NCBI GenBank assembly: GCA_951406725.2
Contig: OX597826.1
Coordinates: 42,036,001-42,100,000 of the forward strand
DNA: 64,000 nucleotides
Direction of reading: 5' to 3'
Source: Octopus vulgaris
Taxonomy: Eukaryota
Below are positions 1 to 11,231 of this stretch, one piece after another; the stretch's first letter is position 1; each line of letters begins with the position of its first letter. Both the position numbers and the translations under genes were made by a program. Under the pieces are notes generated by a model, which saw only the letters and a program-made list of their open reading frames with translations, made no database searches and was not told the DNA's origin.

Positions 1-38
1 AGTAAACCAGGAGAAAATTTAAAAACATTTACCCTGTA

Positions 39-145
39 ATTTCTTATACGATATACCGTTTCATCTGCTGATTAATGGTAAACTAACCTGATTAAATTAA
101 ATCAAGCCAATCTTCCACAGGCCCTCAGATTCTTCAGTAAGAAAT
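39..145 (-). ncRNA. Type I hammerhead ribozyme (array 1, copy 1)
   Basis: Reverse complement of the 897-1003 motif with intact core and stems. Confidence 0.85.
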
Positions 146-534
146 AGCCCAAGACGGAACAGATATTTTCACGAGGCATTTCCGACGTTGTCAAGTTAAT
201 ATCTGACCTAAAATTTTCAAATCGTCGCACTCGCGCCAAATTTATCGGCAGCAAATAAATATAAGCCGTCGATTCATTACGGAATTAACCAGAAAATTCA
301 TAATTAATCAATATAGGGTGGCAAAAAAAAAAAATTTTGTAGAATTCTTTTTGCCACCAGCGGCCTAGTAGGAAAAAATTAAAATAGTCAAAGACCATTT
401 TTAAGTTCAACATCAACAATAAAGGAACGGCCATAATAGGCCATTCACCCACTAGAAATAACAGCCAAAGCTTCAACCGCAAATAAAAGTTAATTCAGTA
501 AACCAGGAGAAAATTTAAAAAACATTTACCTGTA

Positions 535-641
535 ATTTCTTATACGATATACCGTTTCATCTGCTGATTAATGGTAAACTAACCTGATTAAATTAAATCA
601 AGCCAATCTTCCACAGGCCCTCAGATTCTTCAGTAAGAAAT
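535..641 (-). ncRNA. Type I hammerhead ribozyme (array 1, copy 2)
   Basis: Reverse complement of the 897-1003 motif, 496 bp from copy 1. Confidence 0.85.
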
Positions 642-896
642 AGCCCAAGACGGAACAGATATTTTCACGAGGCATTTCCGACGTTGCCTAGTTAATATCT
701 GACCTAAAATTTTCAAATCGTCGCACTCGCGCCAAATTTATCGGCAAATAAATATAAGCCGTAATGGAATCGACGGCTTATATTTATTTGCTGCCGATAA
801 ATTTGGCGCGAGTGCGACGATTTGAAAATTTTAGGTCAGATATTAACTTGGCAACGTCGGAAATGCCTCGTGAAAATATCTGTTCCGTCTTGGGCT

Positions 897-1003
897 ATTT
901 CTTACTGAAGAATCTGAGGGCCTGTGGAAGATTGGCTTGATTTAATTTAATCAGGTTAGTTTACCATTAATCAGCAGATGAAACGGTATATCGTATAAGA
1001 AAT
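897..1003 (+). ncRNA. Type I hammerhead ribozyme with 58-nt stem II insert (array 1, copy 3)
   Basis: Stem I ATTTCTTA/TAAGAAAT (8 bp); core CTGAAGA 905-911; stem II ATCTG/CAGAT; GAAA 980-983; stem III ACGG-TATA-TCGT; GUA cleavage triplet ending at 995. Confidence 0.9.
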
Positions 1004-1392
1004 TACAGGGTAAATGTTTTTTAAATTTTCTCCTGGTTTACTGAATTAACTTTTATTTGCGGTTGAAGCTTTGGCTGTTATTTCTAGTGGGTGAATGGCC
1101 TATTATGGCCGTTCCTTTATTGTTGATGTTGAACTTAAAAATGGTCTTTGACTATTTTAATTTTTTCCTACTAGGCCGCTGGTGGCAAAAGAATTCTACA
1201 AAATTTTTTTTTTGCCACCCTATATTGATTAATTATGAATTTTCTGGTTAATTCCGTAATGGAATCGACGGCTTATATTTATTTGCTGCCGATAAATTTG
1301 GCGCGAGTGCGACGATTTGAAAATTTTAGGTCAGATATTATACTTGGCAACGTCGGAAATGCCTCGTGAAAATATCTGTTCCGTCTTGGGCT

Positions 1393-1493
1393 ATTTCTTA
1401 CTGAAGAATCTGAGGGCCTGTGGAAGATATTTAATTTAATCAGGTTAGTTTACCATTAATCAGCAGATGAAACGGTATATCGTATATATAAAT
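1393..1493 (+). ncRNA. Hammerhead ribozyme, array 1 copy 4, 3' strand of stem I damaged
   Basis: Core and stems II/III intact; TAAGAAAT replaced by TATATAAAT. Confidence 0.6.
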
Positions 1494-1615
1494 TACAGGG
1501 TAAATGTTTTTTAAATTTTCTCCTGGTTTACTGAATTAACTTTTATTTGCTATATTGAAGCTTTGGCTGTTATTTCTAGTGGGTGAATGGCCTATTATGG
1601 CCGTTCCTTTATTGA

Positions 1616-1617
<2 letters not shown>

Positions 1618-1708
<91 letters not shown>
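1618..1708. repeat. (TA)n microsatellite between array 1 and the PLE 3' end
   Basis: Direct reading. Confidence 0.98.
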
Positions 1709-1711
<3 letters not shown>

Positions 1712-1802
1712 AAGTTTACGAAAATAAACAAAAGACGAAGGCAGGTGGAGGACAAACAAACAATTGTATTAGTATGGCGCTCAGGAATAGAAATAAAACA
1801 AG

Positions 1803-1840
1803 TCTTTTACGTTTCGAGCCTACGCTCTTCAACAGAAAGA
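1803..1840 (-). ncRNA. Minimal PLE-type hammerhead with variant core
   Basis: Minus strand TCTTT CTGTTGA A GAGC-GTAG-GCTC GAAAC GTA AAAGA; CUGUUGA instead of CUGAUGA, so it may be inactive. Confidence 0.65.
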
Positions 1841-2570
1841 TACACAGAAAAGAAACAGGGAGAGAAACAAGGAAAGAAAACAAATGCGTGCAGGGGCTAA
1901 CGATTCAACATGGCGTTCTGATTTCAGCCAGAAGTCAGAGATCAGACGTTAGACGCTAGAGGGATAGTAGGGGAGATAACAGGGTCAAGTGACCTCGCCC
2001 CAACATAAGGGTGCGTGTGTGTATAAGAGAGTATGTATATGCGTATGAAAGGTCTGGACGTGTGTATGTATGTATGTATGTATGATGTGATGTGTAATGT
2101 CGTATTGTTTAGTGTAGTATGGTGTAGTGTAGTGTAATGTCGTATGGTGTAGTGTAGTGTAGTGTAGTGTGGTGTGATGTTGTGGGGAGGTGGGGGCGAG
2201 AGTGGGGAAAGCCCATGTGGGGTGTGGGTTCGGCTGGGGGTTGGGATAGAGTGGGGGTTGTGGGGAGAGTGAAAGGGGGAGAGAAGAGAGAGGAGGGGAG
2301 GAGGGAAGAGAGAGGAGGGGGAGGGGAGAGAGGAGATGAGGGGGAGAGAGAGGAGAAGGAAGGAGAAGATGGAGGGGAGGGGAAAGGAGGGGAGAGGAAG
2401 AGGAGGGGAGGGGGGAGAAGGGGAGTGAGGGAGCAGAGAGAAAGAGAGAAGAAAAAAGAGGAAAGAAGAAGAGGGAAGAAGGGAAGAGGAGGGAAAGAGA
2501 GTAGGGGTGAAAAGATGAAGGACTGAAGAGAAGTAGGAGTCGGGTGGGAGGTTAGATGATAGGGGGAGGT

Positions 2571-2872
2571 TAGATGAAAAGGGGGGGGGGGGGTTGAGAC
2601 CAAATGGCGTAAAAGAGCGAAGAGAGAAGATTAATCCCTGTTCACGGCGCAAACGGGAATCCGGATGGCCTCTGTTCCAATCCGAACACAGATAGGTGTT
2701 GCAAAGAGTGACCGGTGGAGCGGAAACGGCGTGAGACCGGTGTGTCATTGGCAAGGCGGATGTCACGGAGGTGTTCCGCGAACTGGTCAACCAAGCGGCG
2801 TCCCGTTTGTCCGATGTACAGGGAATGGCAGAGATAGCAGGAGATGCAATAGATGATATTGCTAGAGGTGCA
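2571..2872 (-). pseudogene. GIY-YIG endonuclease domain of a Penelope-like element, one frameshift
   Basis: Manual translation: CTSSNIIYCISCYLCHSLYIGQTGRRLVDQFAEHLRDIRLANDTPVSRRFRSTGHSLQHLSVFGL, then shifted RLRREQGLIFSLRSFTPFGLN; IY..YIG, R, H, E and GLN motifs. Confidence 0.9.
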
Positions 2873-3049
2873 GATATATATATATATATATATATATGGA
2901 TTAACTTTTCATTAAAGAGTGAAGCGTACAATTTCCTGTAAGCAGATCAAGAAGTTAATTCAGAGGGCATTGACAGGTACCATCATTAATAATAAATGGT
3001 GGCACGCCCTAAAAAGAGCCATAAAATATGAGTCTATTAGGTTTAACAT

Positions 3050-3280
3050 AAGTATGCCCTGAAGGATGGCGAAGGGGATGGACTAGAACAGCCATTCTGA
3101 ATCACGGGGCTCACACTTGCGGACAGGCATCTTTGCCTCGATAGCGTTAAGCAGGGACATGGTACGGGTGTCGAGAACGCCGGAGGTCTCCACTGACACA
3201 AGCTCGACCATGAACCTGTCAGAGAGCGACCGATAACTTGACAGGCTTTTCTCAGCCTGACGAGCAGCGCAGAGGAGCCT
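3050..3280 (-). mobile_element. CRE-like non-LTR retrotransposon C-terminal (REL endonuclease) remnant
   Basis: Translation AARQAEKSLSSYRSLSDRFMVELVSVETSGVLDTRTMSLLNAI...EPRDSEWLF resembles the CRE-clade C-terminus. Confidence 0.55.
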
Positions 3281-4048
3281 GTAAACTATCGTCCAATATC
3301 ACTTATCTCTCAAATCATTAAAATACGTAATCAACTCCCCCAAAAATGTAGGATGCCTCATGTCGTGTTCAACTTTCAAAATACTCATACTGGAGATGTT
3401 AAAAGATTTTTATGAGAGATTTAAGTGCATAAGCTCCACTATTAGCAATGGTAGGTGGGCAGAGATAAGGCAAACAAAAACGGTATTGGAAGGAGAAGCC
3501 CATCTCCTCTACATTCAACTAATGCTCATAATTCTTTGCAAAACAAAGAACTAATAAGACCTATTGAAGGAACTGAAGGAAGACGAAGGAAGGAGTAGTT
3601 ATGTGTTGGAACAGCTAAATGCTAGTCTGCAAATAAACACTGCACTAGTAGTCTATGATGTTTTAATGTGCAACCTCTTAAAGGATGGGGAAATTTTCTT
3701 GTCCAGTCAGACACTCAAATGATCACGGAGGCTTTCCTGTAGAGCAGGATGTCAGGCAGTCTACGTCGTGGGGTGATTAAGCACCACTTAAGTTGTGAGT
3801 TCTCACTCGTGTGTGAGTGGGCTACTCTCCTGATCCTCATGTTTTATTTATGTTACATCTTTTGCTATTTATTGTGTATCTATATATGTGCATAATTTAT
3901 ATTTAATTGCTTACTTATATTTAATTGTATACAGTCTCTGGCATTCTCTACCTTTGTATATAACTTTGTTTTAGCCTTCCACAAACGTTCGTACATGTAT
4001 AACATGTTTCTGGTATGTTGTGAAGGGTCCTGACGGCGTAATAAAATA

Positions 4049-4102
4049 GTCATCATCATCATCGTCATCGTCGTCGTCGTCGACGTCATCATCATCATCG
4101 TC

Positions 4103-4194
<92 letters not shown>

Positions 4195-4216
4195 TATCAC
4201 CATCATCATCATCATC
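4049..4216. repeat. (CAT)n/(CGT)n microsatellite
   Basis: Direct reading; explains the poly-M and poly-D ORFs. Confidence 0.97.
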
Positions 4217-5082
4217 CAAAGATATCAGCATTTATCATTGTTCATCTCGATCAACGTCATAATTATTAAGCATAATTCTTATTTTCATTATTTTCGGCAG
4301 ACGTTGTAAAAAAAATATTATCATCATCATCATCATCACCGCCACCACTATCAGCTCCACTATCTTTCATTTCTCTTCAATCACCTCATCTACCGTTCCT
4401 CCAACTCCTCGTTTGCACCCACCACTACGGTCGACACCACCAACACTACCACCATCTCCACCAGCATCACAACAATCACCACCACCACCACAACCCTCCA
4501 CCACCACCAACAACAACAACAATAACAGCAATAACAACAGCTGACAACAATAACAACATAATCAGAATTATTTGGGTTTTCTGTTGAAGAATTATGTCTT
4601 GATATAAATCAAAATTCCTGAAGGATGCGAAAGCTTTGAAAAAAATTTGCTTATTACGTGAGTAAGGAATTAAAATTGTTATATTCTCCTTTTCTTGCCG
4701 CTGGGATATTTACATATACAACTAAATATCCCAGAAACTAATGAAATTAATTTTCAACTAGTAAAAATTATTACTATTAAATATTTTAATAGATCTTCGG
4801 TGAAAGGAAGAAAGACAATTAGGAGGAGAAAACAAATAAGTATCGTGCGAATCATGAACATTTGCTAGTTTGTCTAAACCAGTTGTTCTCGACCGGGGAC
4901 CAAATGGCCCCTGATGGTCTATATAAGATTTGGGAGAGGGTGGGGTAGGGTCAATGCAACAAAATAGTAAATTGGGGATCTTCAATAGTATTTGAAGAGC
5001 CCCTGAAAAAAATTTTGTTTTAGATGTATGTATTGGTAAGTATTGCAAAAAACAGCTAGGTTTGTTTCTCTAATATTTTACA

Positions 5083-5489
5083 GGCGCAGGAGTGGCTGTG
5101 TGGTAAGTCGCTTGATTACCAAACACATGGCTCCGGATTCACTCCCACTGCGTGGCACCTTGGGCAAGTGTTTTCTACTATAGCCTGGGGCCGAGCAAAT
5201 CCTTATGAGTGGATTTGGTAGACAGAAACTGAAAGAAGCTCGTCGTATATATGTATATGTATAAATATATGTGTGTGTATTTGTGTGTCTGTGTTTGTCC
5301 CCTCAGCATCGCTTGACAACCGATGCTGGTGTGTTTACGTCCCCATAACTTAGCGGTTCGGCAAAAGAGACCGATAGAATAAGTACTAGGCTTACAAAGA
5401 ATATGTCCTGGGGTTGATTTTCTCGACTAAAGGCGGTGCTACAGCATGGCCGCAGTCAAATGACTGAAACAAGTAAAAGAGTAGAAGAG
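5083..5489 (+). mobile_element. tRNA-derived SINE family A, full length
   Basis: Head GGCGCAGGAGTGGCTGTGTGGTAAG with A/B-box-like motifs, internal TA/TG tract, tail GACTGAAACAAGTAAAAGAG; many copies in window. Confidence 0.85.
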
Positions 5490-6503
5490 AATTCAAACTG
5501 CACATGCTAATGTGTGAAAAACTGAAACTGAAAGAAGCCGAAGGAAAATAACTGAACTGCGACCACGCTCAATAAAAGGAGCCCGAGTTATTGGCTGAAA
5601 TTACATACTTTAAGTCAGTGAAAATACACCACGTTCACTTTACTAAATTTATACTCAGGCTAAGCCCGAACAGCCCGAGTGCCGGAATCGCCACTGATAT
5701 ATATATATATATATATTATTCAGCCGAAATTTCGAGGATGATCCGGTTCTTCACTGAAGATAAAAGGCTTCGAATGACCCGTCCGTGTTTTTTTTTGTAT
5801 CGTCTATCTATATGTTTATTGTCCCGTTTTGTGTTCTTGTCCCATTTTGTATTTTATTATATATATATACATACATACATGATGGCTTAGGAGTGCCCTG
5901 TGTCAGAAAATATCATTCGTAGTGGATTTTCACTCGATATCATTCACACGCGCCTCACTCGGTCTCAGAAGTTACAACCCGAGTTGTAATCTATAATCGT
6001 AAAAATTAAAAGTAATTCAAATTCAATGTTTTCTTGAGAAAATAAATTTCTTTAGAGATTAGGATTTAAACTCCAATCTATGAAAAATTTCCGTTCTACA
6101 ATATTCTTAAAGGAGAGAAAAATTATCCAGCAACTCGGGCTAATACGAACGAGCCTGGTAAAGTATAAGAGACCAACTTGTATCTCTTATCAAGAGTACA
6201 GACGACAGCCAGATCACTGATGTTTGTTGTGCACTCTGTCGTCGTTATGTGATTGCTGTTATTCTGTGTGTTTGTGTGTAATGATCAGTTGTGTTTTGCA
6301 GGGTGGGTTTATTTTTACCCCTAACTTAGAAATGGAGAAAGCTATAGTGCTAGATATAGAAAAGATAAGCCATTTAGGGTTAGAAATATTGCTGAAAAAA
6401 CGTGAAGCTCTTCGAGCAAGCATGTGTCTTATGCAAAATCTGTGTGAGCTCGAGTGACGCTGATGACCTGGAGTCGCCACTGATATATATATATATATAT
6501 ATA

Positions 6504-6919
6504 TCAAATGTGAGGATAAAAATATCGCCACTGTCTGTAAGCGTTCACTTCCGAACTAACTCACTCTGTGAGAGTCTCAGTTCAAATCGTACGTGCCTCG
6601 AATGGGCTGGAGTATTTCTATTTTGGATGTATTTGGGGTACTTAGTTGTGCACATGACTTAGTATTTGCTTCTTCCATGGGTATGAGTAAGTATCTCATT
6701 TATTTCTTTTGCCACATGTATCACTGACGAAGAGAGGGCTCTTAGTAGCTAACTCTGAAATCGGTCCGATATGGTAATAATGGAATTTTTTAGAAATTTC
6801 TGTCGACCTTTTTTCGGGTAGCATGTGTATTGTGAAAAAATTATATGGTTAATGGACAATATGTCCAATTTTTCGGCATATTTGGCATTAGAATTTTTTT
6901 TCCTTTGCCCTCATTTATG

Positions 6920-6922
<3 letters not shown>
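6504..6922 (+). mobile_element. Monomeric ~420-bp HHR-bearing element between two (TA)n tracts
   Basis: TA tracts on both sides; HHR 6719-6776; 3' end TTTGCCCTCATTTATGAATTATA resembles the array unit ends. Confidence 0.7.
6719..6776 (+). ncRNA. Type I hammerhead ribozyme
   Basis: Stem I TATCA/TGGTA; CTGACGA; stem II AGAG..CTCT with 18-nt insert; GAAA; stem III ATCGG-T-CCGAT; AUA triplet. Confidence 0.8.
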
Positions 6923-6970
<48 letters not shown>

Positions 6971-7254
6971 CGTGTGTGTGTGTGTATGTCTTTGTGTGTG
7001 TGTTCATCCCGCTCCGCCGCTGGACAACTTGTGTTGGTGTGTCTACGCTCCCATAATTTAGTGGTTCGGCAAAGGAAACTGATAAAATAAGTACTAGGCT
7101 TACTACATCAAAAGTACTAGGGTCGATTCCTTCGACTAAAAGTTCTTCAAAGTGGTGCCCCAGGTATTCTAAGCCGACGCTTTAACGACCCAATAGCAGA
7201 AACAAGATTTAGGCTGTTGTTGTTGTTGTTGTTGTTGTTGATGATGATGATGAT

Positions 7255-7289
<35 letters not shown>

Positions 7290-8035
7290 TGATGATGATG
7301 ATGATGATGATTATCTATGATGATATCGAGCAAAGAAAAATGAGATGATTGTTTAGAACAAGAACAAGGTACAACGAAATTTTTTTTTCGGAATTGTAAC
7401 AGGAAGCTTGTTACTACAGTGAGTTACATGTACGACGGCGACCGATATCGAAAGAGCAGGACTGAAATATATTGCTTATATAATAAATGTTACCACAGAA
7501 TAACTTGGTAGTACTGTTGTTGATTTAGAAGGTGAGACAAAAACAGAAAACGATGAATAAACAACGAGAGAGAGGGAGATAAAGAGAGGGATAGGGAGAG
7601 AGAGAGAGAGAGAGAGAGAGTAAGAGAGAAGGGCAGATGAGAAAGAAGCAGGTAGAATAATAATAGTAACTGTGAGTTTATACAAACCAACCGAGCCAAC
7701 GTATGGAAGCCATTAAGGAACAAGAAAAAAAAAAGAAGGTAAAAAAAAAGAGAAAACGTTTTAAGACTGACAGTGAAAAATAAACATTTCAGCTGCATTA
7801 AACGGAACCTGTGAATATTTCATATGTTAAGGCAAGAAGGATTCACCAAGCGTATCGTGTGTCTGAAGATTATTTCTTTATTTAATATTTTTGTTTGTCT
7901 GCAAACTACAGTCAGTCTTATTGGCTTAAATCTAGGTCGCAGTTCTATTTGCAGAAGACTTCCAAAAAGTCTTTTGGTAGGTGATAGAAATTAGAAAATA
8001 AGTTCTGTTCAAATAAGAACAGCAATCATTTCTTT

Positions 8036-8048
8036 TAATAATAATAAC

Positions 8049-8119
<71 letters not shown>

Positions 8120-8124
8120 TGATG

Positions 8125-8203
<79 letters not shown>
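8036..8203. repeat. (AAT)n microsatellite
   Basis: Direct reading. Confidence 0.97.
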
Positions 8204-8207
<4 letters not shown>

Positions 8208-8344
8208 GAAAAGGGTTTGGGTTACTTTTGATATCCAACACGCTGTATATTATAACTGCTAAGATCAGTTAAAATGATTTCCACCGTGTCATGAAGAAGA
8301 AAGAGAATATTGTTTGTGTGTATATGTGCTTGTGTGTACGTATG

Positions 8345-8375
<31 letters not shown>

Positions 8376-8604
8376 TTATGTATGTATGTATGTATGTATT
8401 TAGGTATGAATGTGTGTACATTCATACATGAACGCTCCCTCGCACACGCACATACATACCTATATATATATATATATATATATATACATGTGCTCACACA
8501 TACATTGGCATTTTGTGTGTGTAAACTCATGTATAAAAATATATTGTTGGAAATATATGAGTGTGTCTGTACATAATTACATACACGCATACATACATAT
8601 TTAT

Positions 8605-8635
<31 letters not shown>

Positions 8636-10189
8636 CATTTATATATACACACACCAACTTATATATATATATACATATACATATATACTTATATATATAT
8701 ATGTATATACATATACATATACATACATACATATATATACATATACATACAAACACACACACACACACACATACATACAAATATATATATATATGTATGT
8801 ATGTATGTATGTATATATAAAATATACATGCAGGCACACAAACAGCGGCAAAAGTATTCATTCATAAATATATACATATATAAATAATTATATGAACACA
8901 CAAAAGGATTCATTCACATACACAACTGCACACACACACACATACACACACACATGCACACTGATATATATATATAAAGGAACGAAAGGAAGTTATGAAT
9001 AGAGGCAGAGACAGAGAGAGAGAGGGTGAGAGGAGGAGGAGGAGAGAGAGATGAGGGTGAGAAGAAGAAAAATGATATTGTTGGAACTAAATGTAAAAAC
9101 ACACACACACACACACAAAAAAAAACAAAAACAACAACACAAGCAAAAATAAACGAACGTAAGCACAAATGCAAGAAGAAGTAAGAGAAAGATAGCCAGG
9201 ATGAAAGAAAGTAAACATCAACAAAAGGCCACAATAACAATAACAACCGAATTTTTTTATTAAGCGATTTGTCTCTATTTTGATAATATAACTATTTTCA
9301 AGTGGGACAGAAATTCATGTGAGTGGGGGGTGTTAATTAGCGAGGGGTTAAGTGAATGTTATAAGCAAATACAGTTGTACTCGAGGGACGATGATTGATG
9401 GAGCAAACATTTTTCACTCGATTTTTCTGGAGTGTCTAATGGGTAAGTGACAGATCTTTTGTCACCGCTCCCATGGCCAAGATGAAACCCTAATTATTGG
9501 CCAACGAATGAAGCTCCTGCATGACGTTCAGTCTGCTAGAAATAGCTGTCATACCTCCCCCAACTCACACTGCTCCATCTTAAAGAGATCAGTAAATAAA
9601 TGTACGATATACTGGACATCAATATTACTTTTTTCAAAAAATATATATTTATTAGATACTGTGCTCCAGATGTACTAATTTTGATAAAAAATAATTTAAA
9701 AGAATACAACAGAAAATGGGATGGTCATGGCTGGATCGCGTAAGCTTAAGAATTTGCTCGATCGGGTTTGACTTGAGGGTAAGAAATACCAAAGTCATAA
9801 ATAAAAGCACGTGTCGAAAAACAATCGCTTTATTCCAGTAAAATGTCCAACTTCAGCATACGAAGCATAGCTGTCAACGTCCGTAATTTATTGCATATGG
9901 CTGCCGGCTAGACTTCAATCAACGTGTACTATAATGTATCTTGACTGGAAGTAGCAGTTTAGAGCAACGAATAATTATAAGAAGGTCAACAACAAGAACA
10001 ACATAGTTTCATACATTGCTTGAAAGCTCCGTATTCGTAGAAATGATGAAATCGACACAAATCTATATAACATGGAATGTTTTTGCTGATAATACTGGAG
10101 TAAAAGACAAATCTATTCACTTTAGTATCACATGTAGAATTAGAGCATGGAACACTACAGAGGTTTTAGATTATATTACATACAGGAAC

Positions 10190-10330
10190 AGCATGGCTAT
10201 GTAGTAAGAAACTTGCTTCCCAACCACATGGTTCCAGGTTCAGTCCCACTGTGTGGCATCTTGGGCAAGCATATTCTACTGTAACCTCTGGCCTACCAAA
10301 GCCTTGTGAGTCGATTTGGGAGACGGAAAG
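10190..10330 (+). mobile_element. SINE family A 5' fragment
   Basis: CATGGTTCCAGGTTCAGTCCCACTGTGTGGCATCTTGGGCAAG matches the 5083 copy. Confidence 0.7.
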
Positions 10331-11087
10331 GCAACAGCTATGATCTTCTTTTGCAGGGACTGGGAATATTCGATGACAGAAGGGCTGTTTTCTATGGATA
10401 TATATATAAAAAAAATCATTTGTGGTTCACGTCATCAAGCAAAGCTTTTGAAAGGCAATCCAGACATGAGACAATCAGGATTTTGAAAGACCCTTTAGAA
10501 AATAACGTTGGCCACGCAAGCATAACATCAAGTTCAAGAACCTGAAACTTAATAGAAGTTGAGAACGTTTGTCAAAAAAACTGCCACAATCTTTCTACAT
10601 AACATTAAGGGGATGACGAAAAGAAATTTCTGGAAAACTAGAGTTTACACAGCATCGTTATTTCATTTACATATAAATACACACACACTGACAATATGCT
10701 GTCATAACAAAACGCAAACATGAACACGCAAAGCTATCATGGCTTATCAACTTGCGATAAAACCTGTCTTCTCTTCAACCAAAAAAAAGTTCATAATGTA
10801 AAAAACACATTGAACTTCTAACGTTAATGTTTTCATGTTTATTCATTTTTTACTGACAATGTTTATTACAGTCACCAAGATATGATGAATGAATGCGATA
10901 ATAAAACTTAAAATAGAAAATTAGCTTTCATATTCATCACATTTCCTATCTTTTCAATTTTTTTTGCTGATCCTCAAACTTGCACGGTCTGCCTGACTGC
11001 CTGTCCGACCCCTAATACATACGCGCGCACGCACACATACTCTTATGTATATACTTACACATATACGCACACACACACACATATATG

Positions 11088-11144
<57 letters not shown>

Positions 11145-11196
11145 GATAGATAGATACGTATGTGTGTGTGTACACACACACACACATATACATACA

Positions 11197-11231
<35 letters not shown>

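Larger units (their letters stand above)
1..1617. mobile_element. Tandem-plus-inverted array of a ~496-bp non-coding HHR-bearing unit (PLE pLTR-derived / retrozyme-like), truncated by window start, ending in (TA)n
   Basis: AGTAAACCAGGAGAAAATTT at 1 recurs at ~497; orientation flips at ~762; the inverted unit repeats again at ~1257; (TA)n follows at 1618-1708; HHR in each unit. Confidence 0.85.
1709..2874 (-). mobile_element. 5'-truncated Penelope-like retroelement (Neptune-like) flanked by (TA)n on both sides
   Basis: GIY-YIG C-terminal coding remnant, pyrimidine-rich 3' region, minimal HHR at 1803-1840, TA tracts at 1618-1708 and 2874-2897. Confidence 0.85.

Noticed and set aside
1057-1251. 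64-65-aa hydrophobic ORF repeated in array 1 (also 285-482 and 1555-1959)
   Set aside because: TTG start, a frameshift between copies, no equivalent in array 2; repetition only reflects the repeat unit.
1420-1617. TA-like substitutions in the last unit of array 1 as real gene conversion
   Set aside because: More simply explained by consensus or polishing errors next to a long TA tract; needs raw reads.
1942-2931. 329-aa ORF
   Set aside because: Mostly low-complexity translation; only the RREQ..GLN segment belongs to the PLE endonuclease, and the rest of that domain is in another frame.
4610-4645. CTGAAGGATGCGAAAGC hammerhead-like string
   Set aside because: Core mismatch and no stem II; likely chance.
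5680-6482. Two TCGCCACTG termini before (AT)n as TIRs of one transposon
   Set aside because: Same orientation rather than inverted; no partner end or TSD found.
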